Shown: in pieces, positions 1-5,240 of the stretch
How positions within the stretch are numbered: the stretch's first letter is position 1
Layout of the letters: each line of letters opens with the position of its first letter
Source of the DNA: Candidatus Eiseniibacteriota bacterium
Lineage (GTDB): Bacteria > Eisenbacteria > RBG-16-71-46
Direction of reading: 5' to 3'
NCBI GenBank assembly: GCA_031366795.1
Contig: JANLOX010000073.1
Span: forward strand, 1-10,064
DNA length: 10,064 bases
Translations under genes and position numbers: made by a program
The notes under the pieces: generated by a model
The model's database searches: none
Seen by the model: only the letters and a program-made list of their open reading frames with translations
What the model was told of the DNA's origin: nothing

Positions 1-52
1 CGCTAGCGGCGACCGAGCATTGCCCCCGCATCGCCCGCGAATGGCGCGGCGG

Positions 53-61
53 TGCTAGAGT
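53..61 (+). promoter_or_regulatory. Putative extended -10 promoter element (TGn-TAGAGT) for the methyltransferase-cydAB operon, possibly producing a leaderless mRNA
   Basis: TG at 53-54 and TAGAGT (TAnnnT) at 56-61. The ATG at 68 lies 7 nt after the hexamer end. There is no Shine-Dalgarno upstream and no convincing -35. Confidence 0.45.
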
Positions 62-67
62 CCGCTG

Positions 68-676
68 ATGCGCAACCTCGCGGCTGAATTCGGCGACATC
101 GACATCTACCTGTTCGACCAGCTCCTGCGCGGGCGCATCGCTTCAGGCATGCGCGTGCTCGATGCCGGCTGCGGAGGCGGGCGCAATCTCGTCTACCTGA
201 TGCGCGAGGGCTTCGAGGTCTGCGGCGCCGATGCTGACGCCGGTGCGGTCGATGCGGTGCGTGCGTTGGCCAAGCGGTTGGCACCCTCGCTGCCCGCGAA
301 CGCCTTCCGCGTCGAGCCGATCGAGCAGATGTCGTTTCCCGATGCCCACGCCGACGTCGTCATTGCCAGCGCGGTCCTGCACTTCGCGGCGGACGATGCG
401 CATTTTCACGCGATGCTGGGCAGTTGCTGGCGCGTGCTGCGGCCAGGCGGGCTGTTCTTCTCACGGCTCGCGTCGAGCGCGGGGCTCGAGGGTCAGCTAC
501 AGCCGCTCGGGCATCACCGCTACGTGCTGCCGGATGGCTCGACGCGTTACCTCGTCGACGAGGCGTTCCTCGCGGAGTCCGCCACGACGTTGGGCGGTAC
601 ACTTGCCGACCCGCTCAAGACGACGCTCGTGCACGGCCAGCGCAGCATGACGACCTGGGTGCTGCGCAAGTCATGA
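68..676 (+). CDS. Class I SAM-dependent methyltransferase (202 aa), substrate unknown
   Basis: Motif I VLDAGCGGGRN, acidic residue at the end of beta2 (VCGAD), motif II-like DVVIASAVLHF and motif III RVLRPGGLFF. Codon third positions are strongly G/C in this frame. Confidence 0.9.
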   Translation: MRNLAAEFGDIDIYLFDQLLRGRIASGMRVLDAGCGGGRNLVYLMREGFEVCGADADAGAVDAVRALAKRLAPSLPANAFRVEPIEQMSFPDAHADVVIASAVLHFAADDAHFHAMLGSCWRVLRPGGLFFSRLASSAGLEGQLQPLGHHRYVLPDGSTRYLVDEAFLAESATTLGGTLADPLKTTLVHGQRSMTTWVLRKS

Positions 677-2016
677 ATGCGACCTTGGACTTCGCCTTCT
701 GGCATCGCCTGCAGTTCGCCTTCACCGCCGTCTACCACTACATCTTCCCGCAGCTCACGATGGGGCTGGCGCTGTTGATCCTCACGATGAAGACGCTGGC
801 GTTGCGGCGTGGCGGTGAGGCGTGGGACAGAGCCGCGGCGTTCTGGATCCGTATCTTTGGCATCAATTTCGGCGTCGGCGTGGTCACGGGCATCCCGATG
901 GAGTTCCAGTTCGGCACCAACTGGGCGGGCTTCTCACGCTACGCGGGCAGCATCATCGGGCAGGGGTTGGCGATGGAAGGGTTGTTCGCCTTCTTCCTCG
1001 AGTCCAGCTTCCTCGCGGTGCTGGTGTTCGGCGCGCAGCGCGTGAGCAAGCGGGTGCACTGGCTCGCCTCGCTTGCGTTGTTCTTGGGCAGTTGGATGTC
1101 GGGCTACTTCATCATTACCGCCAACGCCTTCATGCAACGGCCGGTGGGCTATCGTGTGGCCGCCGATGGCTCCCTGCAACTGGCCGACTTCGCGGCGTTC
1201 ATCCTCAACCCGTGGGCGATCGCGCAATACGCGCACACCATGTGCGCGAGTGTGGTGACGGCGTCGTTCGTGGTCGCGGCGGTCGGCGCGTTCTACACGC
1301 TGCGCGGGCTGTACACGGATGCGGCGCGGCGCTTCCTGACGGTGGGCGTCACTGCGGGACTGCTCGCCTCGGCGCTTGTGGCGTTCCCGACGGGCGATCA
1401 CCAGGCGAAGCTGGTCGCGGCGCACCAGCCGGCGGCGCTGGCGGCGATGGAGGGCCGCTTCCAGAGCGGGCACTACGCCGAGATCACGCTGATCGGCCAG
1501 CCCAATGTGGCGCAGCAGCGCATCGACAATCCGCTCAAGGTTCCGGGCATGCTCAGCTTCCTCGCCTTCGGCGCGTTTCACATGAACGTGCCAGGCCTGC
1601 TCGAGTTCCCGCAATCCGACTGGCCCGACAACATCGAGCTGCTCTACTACGCGTTCCACATCATGGTGGGGTTGGGCACGCTGCTGCTCGGGGTGATGGC
1701 GCTCGCAGCGCTCCTGCACTGGCGTGGCGCGCTCGTGCATAGCCGCCCGATGCTGTGGGTGCTGATGCTGGCGTTCCCGTTCCCCTACATCGCCACGACC
1801 GCGGGTTGGTTGACGACCGAGCTCGGCCGCCAACCGTGGGTCGTCTACGGGCTGCTGCGCACGCGCGACGCGGCAAGCCCTCTTGTCCACTCGGGTAGCG
1901 CGTTGTTCACGCTGATCGGTTTCTGCGGGCTCTACTTCGTGCTGGGCCTGCTCTACGCCTCGCTCATCGCGCGTGAGATCTCACGCGGGCCGCAGGGGGA
2001 GGCGAGCCATGTTTGA
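673..2016 (+). CDS. cydA: Cytochrome bd-type quinol oxidase subunit I (447 aa), short Q-loop type
   Basis: RLQFAFTAVYHYIF (His22 = E. coli H19), GVVTGIPMEFQFGTNW, EGLFAFFLES, His188 (= H186), LAAMEG (Glu260 = E257), Met331 (= M393) and ELGRQPW (Glu383 = E445). The start is placed at ATG 673 (ATGA overlap with the upstream stop), not at 424 as in the ORF track. Confidence 0.96.
   Translation: MNATLDFAFWHRLQFAFTAVYHYIFPQLTMGLALLILTMKTLALRRGGEAWDRAAAFWIRIFGINFGVGVVTGIPMEFQFGTNWAGFSRYAGSIIGQGLAMEGLFAFFLESSFLAVLVFGAQRVSKRVHWLASLALFLGSWMSGYFIITANAFMQRPVGYRVAADGSLQLADFAAFILNPWAIAQYAHTMCASVVTASFVVAAVGAFYTLRGLYTDAARRFLTVGVTAGLLASALVAFPTGDHQAKLVAAHQPAALAAMEGRFQSGHYAEITLIGQPNVAQQRIDNPLKVPGMLSFLAFGAFHMNVPGLLEFPQSDWPDNIELLYYAFHIMVGLGTLLLGVMALAALLHWRGALVHSRPMLWVLMLAFPFPYIATTAGWLTTELGRQPWVVYGLLRTRDAASPLVHSGSALFTLIGFCGLYFVLGLLYASLIAREISRGPQGEASHV
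1998..2002 (+). promoter_or_regulatory. Shine-Dalgarno site for cydB
   Basis: GGAGG 6 nt upstream of ATG 2009, inside the 3' end of cydA. Confidence 0.7.
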
Positions 2017-3052
2017 GACTTGGTTCGCGATCGTCGCGGTGATGCTCGCGCTATACGTGGTGCTCGATGGCTACGATCTGGGCGCCGGGGCGTTGCACCT
2101 GTTCGTGGCGCGCACGCCGGACGAGCGGGCCCAGGTGCTCGCCGCGATCGGCCCGTTCTGGGACGCCAACGAAGTGTGGCTGCTCGCGGGTGGCGGTGCG
2201 TTGTTCCTGGCGTTTCCGCGCGTGCTCTCGGCGGGGTTCTCGGGCTTCTATCTCGCGATTTTCCTCGTGGTGTGGTGCCTGATCCTGCGCGCCGTGGCAA
2301 TCGAGTTTCGCGGTCACCTGAAGGAGCCGCTGTGGCGTAGCTTCTGGGATGTGGTGTTCGCTCTCGCGAGCGCACTGCTCGCAGTGTTGTTCGGCGCCGC
2401 ATTCGGCAACGTGATCCGCGGCGTGCCCCTGACGCCCGAGGGCTGGTTTCGCCTCACGTTGTTCACGACGTTCCTGCCGCGCGACCCGGCGGGCATTCTC
2501 GATTGGTACACGATCGCTGCGGGTGTGTTCGCGCTGGTGGCCCTCGCCGGCCACGGCGCCGCGTTCCTCGCCTGGCGCACGAGCGGGGCACTGAGTGCCC
2601 GCGCCCAGCGCCTCGGCGTGCGGCTCCAGATCGCACTCGCGGTGTTGTGGCCGCTGATGACGCTCGCCACGCACTTCGTCAATCCCACCCTGCTCCCCGC
2701 GCTGCCCCCGCGCCCCACCGCATGGTTGGCGTTGTTGCTCGCGATCGTGGGTCTCGTAACTGCCATCACCGCGGGCCGTCGCGGCCGTTCAGCGCAGGCG
2801 TTCTTCGGCTCATGCGCTTTCATCCTCGGCATGCTCGGCGCTACGGCGGCGTGCCTGTTCCCGGTGATGCTGCGCTCGCTCACCGATCCGGCGCTGTCGA
2901 TCACGGCCTTCAATGGCGGGGCGGAAGCCGCGGGACTGAAGACCGCGCTCGGGTGGTGGTCGCTGGGCTTCCCGGTCGTGGTGTTCTACTTCATCACGAT
3001 CCACCGGCTGCACCGCGGGCGCGTGCGAGTGGGCGAGGCGTCGCACTACTAG
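2009..3052 (+). CDS. cydB: Cytochrome bd-type quinol oxidase subunit II (347 aa)
   Basis: YVVLDGYDLGAG, IGPFWDANEVWL, LFLAFP, LILRAVAIEFR and GNVIRGVP motifs, with multiple hydrophobic TM segments. It overlaps cydA by 8 nt and has a GGAGG RBS. The start is moved from 1973 to 2009. Confidence 0.96.
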   Translation: MFETWFAIVAVMLALYVVLDGYDLGAGALHLFVARTPDERAQVLAAIGPFWDANEVWLLAGGGALFLAFPRVLSAGFSGFYLAIFLVVWCLILRAVAIEFRGHLKEPLWRSFWDVVFALASALLAVLFGAAFGNVIRGVPLTPEGWFRLTLFTTFLPRDPAGILDWYTIAAGVFALVALAGHGAAFLAWRTSGALSARAQRLGVRLQIALAVLWPLMTLATHFVNPTLLPALPPRPTAWLALLLAIVGLVTAITAGRRGRSAQAFFGSCAFILGMLGATAACLFPVMLRSLTDPALSITAFNGGAEAAGLKTALGWWSLGFPVVVFYFITIHRLHRGRVRVGEASHY

Positions 3053-3214
3053 TGCGGGGTCGACCGCGGCCCAGATAGTTCTGGATCACCCATGAGCGCC
3101 GCGTTACCGTATACAGTATCGTGAACCAGCGCACCGACCCCGTCGGGCGCCGCGTTGGCGAAGTTGACGCCCCAAGTAGTCCCCAGACTCGACTCACCAG
3201 GGAGCGCGCCGCCA

Positions 3215-5101
3215 ATGCATCTCAATACCCGAATTCCCGTTTTGCTCGCGATCGCCGCCGCAACCGTTTGCGCCTCAACCTCGGCTGTGGCGTTGGTACC
3301 GGTTCTGGGAACGACCCCGACGCTCACCCAGGTCGCGATCGACACCAACACGGGTGACCAGTACGACCCGCACGTGAGCGGCGATTGGGCGGCTTACACT
3401 TCCGAGCTGACGATCCGCTACTACAACTTCGCCACCGGAGTGAATGCGCAGATCCCCCTGGGAACGGGCGCGCGTGACCTGCTCTCCGACGTGAGCGGCA
3501 GCCGGATCGTGTACTCACACGTCATCGCCGGCGACCGGACCGCCGTTATGGTTTTCGACGCGAGCACTCCGGCTGTCCTTCCGGTGGAACTCGACCCGGC
3601 GCCAGGAACCACGCGCCTCGGTGCGGCGATCGGGGGCAATACCGTGGCCTACATTGATTACGGGCTGCAGGCCAACGGGGAATTGGTCATTCACGATCTC
3701 GCGGGCGGACCGACCAGCCGGATGACCTTCGACGCCCTGCCCGATCAGGGCCCCTCGGTCTCGAGCGACGGCAAGGTCGTCACGTGGGAACACTGCTCGA
3801 GCAGCCTGAACAACTGCGACGTATGGCGCGCGGACAAGATCGGCGGCGTCTGGACCGCGAGCGTGGTCACGGCGTCAAGCAGCACTGAGGAGAATGCCGA
3901 ATCCAGCGGGGGACTCGTCGTTTATGACGCGCTACACAGTCCTACGCCGAGCGAGGTGTACTGGGTTCCATCTCCTGGCGCACCCGAAGTCGAACTCCAG
4001 CAGCCCGGTTACAGCGGGTGGCCAAGCATTGCAGGCCACACCTTTGCCCTGGAGAACAGGCCGACGCTCATCGACAACGCCGATATGTGGTGTTACGACA
4101 TCGCGAACAACACCATCTTCCAGATCACGGACACGCCATTGGCGAACGAGCAGCTCAATGACCTCACGTCGCTGCCCAACGGCAGGGTTCGCATGGTGTG
4201 GTGCAGCGACGAGGACGGGGCCGACCAGCGCAACATCCATGCGGCCACGTTCCGATTGCCGAGCAACGCCTCACAGGTGCCGGGCCTGTTCAATACCGGG
4301 GTCAACTCGGATCGATACCTGCTCAATCCCGGGGATGTCGACCTGCACTACACCTTGATCGGCAGCGCCGACCCTGTGTATCGCGGACCGAACGCCTATG
4401 TCGCGGATCCCATCCCCACCGGATACTGGGCCGGCAACAGCACCGTATCGCAGTGGATCGCGCCGGCGGTTGCCGAGGGCTACCCGACCGGCGGCACCCT
4501 GCACCCGCCAGGCGACTACATCTACAGGCTGTCATTCGATCTCACGGACCTGAATCCCGCCACGGTCGCGATCAGCGGCGTGTGGGCCGCGGACAACACG
4601 GCGACGCTGGTGCTCAATGGCGCGGCAACCGGGAACAGCGTGCCCGGCTACAACCCGCTGTTGCCGTTCAGTGTGACGTCCGGATTCGTGCCGGGCATCA
4701 ACAACCTCGACTTCGTGGTGCACAATGCCAATGCGGATGTGGTGAACCCCACGGGACTGCGGGTGGAGGACATCGAAGGCGTCGGCAACTCGACGCTGGA
4801 TATAACTGGGCGGGCGCCAGGCTCAACCTTTCAGCTCCTGTTCCCCTATCCCAACCCGATGCACGGCATAACCAGGATCGGCTTCTCGCTGCCGCGCTCT
4901 TCCCACATCCAGTTAGCCATTCGTGACCTTGCCGGCCGCAACATTCGCACGCTGGCGAGCGCCCACTATCCGGCGGGAAGTTTTGATTTGGCCTGGGACG
5001 GAATTCGCGACGATGGATCGCCTGCACCGGCGGGCCTGTATTTCATCGATCTGCTCGCGGGGGTTTCGCACTCCACTCGGCGCGTGATCGTGTTGCCGTA
5101 G
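3215..5101 (+). CDS. Secreted modular protein (628 aa): signal peptide, TolB-like beta-propeller, beta-sandwich (lectin-like) domain, C-terminal FlgD-Ig/T9SS type A-like domain
   Basis: AGGGAG (3199-3204) lies upstream of ATG 3215. The N-terminus MHLNTRIPVLLAIAAATVCASTSAVA is Sec-like and ends in AVA. About seven ~40-aa repeats follow (e.g. DQYDPHVSGDWAAY, DQGPSVSSDGKVVTW). The C-terminus reads PYPNP...IGFSLP...LAIRDLAGRNIRTL...AWDG..DDG...PAGLYF...RRVIVLP. Confidence in the ORF is high, in the function low. Confidence 0.8.
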   Translation: MHLNTRIPVLLAIAAATVCASTSAVALVPVLGTTPTLTQVAIDTNTGDQYDPHVSGDWAAYTSELTIRYYNFATGVNAQIPLGTGARDLLSDVSGSRIVYSHVIAGDRTAVMVFDASTPAVLPVELDPAPGTTRLGAAIGGNTVAYIDYGLQANGELVIHDLAGGPTSRMTFDALPDQGPSVSSDGKVVTWEHCSSSLNNCDVWRADKIGGVWTASVVTASSSTEENAESSGGLVVYDALHSPTPSEVYWVPSPGAPEVELQQPGYSGWPSIAGHTFALENRPTLIDNADMWCYDIANNTIFQITDTPLANEQLNDLTSLPNGRVRMVWCSDEDGADQRNIHAATFRLPSNASQVPGLFNTGVNSDRYLLNPGDVDLHYTLIGSADPVYRGPNAYVADPIPTGYWAGNSTVSQWIAPAVAEGYPTGGTLHPPGDYIYRLSFDLTDLNPATVAISGVWAADNTATLVLNGAATGNSVPGYNPLLPFSVTSGFVPGINNLDFVVHNANADVVNPTGLRVEDIEGVGNSTLDITGRAPGSTFQLLFPYPNPMHGITRIGFSLPRSSHIQLAIRDLAGRNIRTLASAHYPAGSFDLAWDGIRDDGSPAPAGLYFIDLLAGVSHSTRRVIVLP

Positions 5102-5175
5102 GAACCTTTCGAAGCGAAGCACGCGGCGAGCGCGTCAGGCCGCGGGGCGAGTTGCTCCCACATGCCGCGTTCCAG

Positions 5176-5220
5176 AAAAACATCGAGGCCCGGAGCGTCA
5201 CCGCCCCGGGCCTCGTTTCT
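5176..5220 (-). terminator. Rho-independent terminator for aceE, possibly bidirectional
   Basis: CGAGGCCCGG (5184-5193) pairs perfectly with CCGGGCCTCG (5206-5215). On the minus strand the stem extends by a G-U pair plus 3 bp to a GUGA tetraloop and is followed by AUGUUUUU. On the plus strand it is followed by TTTCT. It sits 25 nt past the aceE stop, between convergent genes. Confidence 0.8.
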
Positions 5221-5240
5221 AGCCTATCTGTCGCTCAGCC

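Noticed and set aside
424..672. 83-aa N-terminal extension of CydA in the ORF track (530 aa)
   Set aside because: It lies inside the methyltransferase gene in another frame and is Arg/Ala-rich with no CydA similarity. CydA homology begins at ATG 673.
822..1890. 306-aa (+) and 318-aa (-) ORFs overlapping cydA
   Set aside because: They are alternative-frame or antisense artefacts of high GC content, low in complexity and Arg-rich.
1973..2008. Upstream start for cydB
   Set aside because: It overlaps cydA more deeply. ATG 2009 has a GGAGG SD and gives a typical CydB N-terminus.
3092..3124. Small ORF MSAALPYTVS after cydB as a possible CydX/CydS
   Set aside because: It is only 10 aa, with no TM helix and no SD.
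3155..3214. TTG start giving a 648-aa secreted protein
   Set aside because: It would bury the signal peptide behind 20 Pro-rich residues. ATG 3215 has an SD-like AGGGAG.
3098..5171. GCCGCGTT on both sides of the secreted-protein gene as a target-site duplication
   Set aside because: This GC-rich 8-mer also occurs in cydB, and there is no transposase, integrase or terminal inverted repeat.
5101..5173. Possible stem between ACGCGGC (5121-5127) and GCCGCGT (5164-5170) as an sRNA or REP element
   Set aside because: The pairing is short and GC-rich with a long irregular interior, occurs once, and is plausible by chance.
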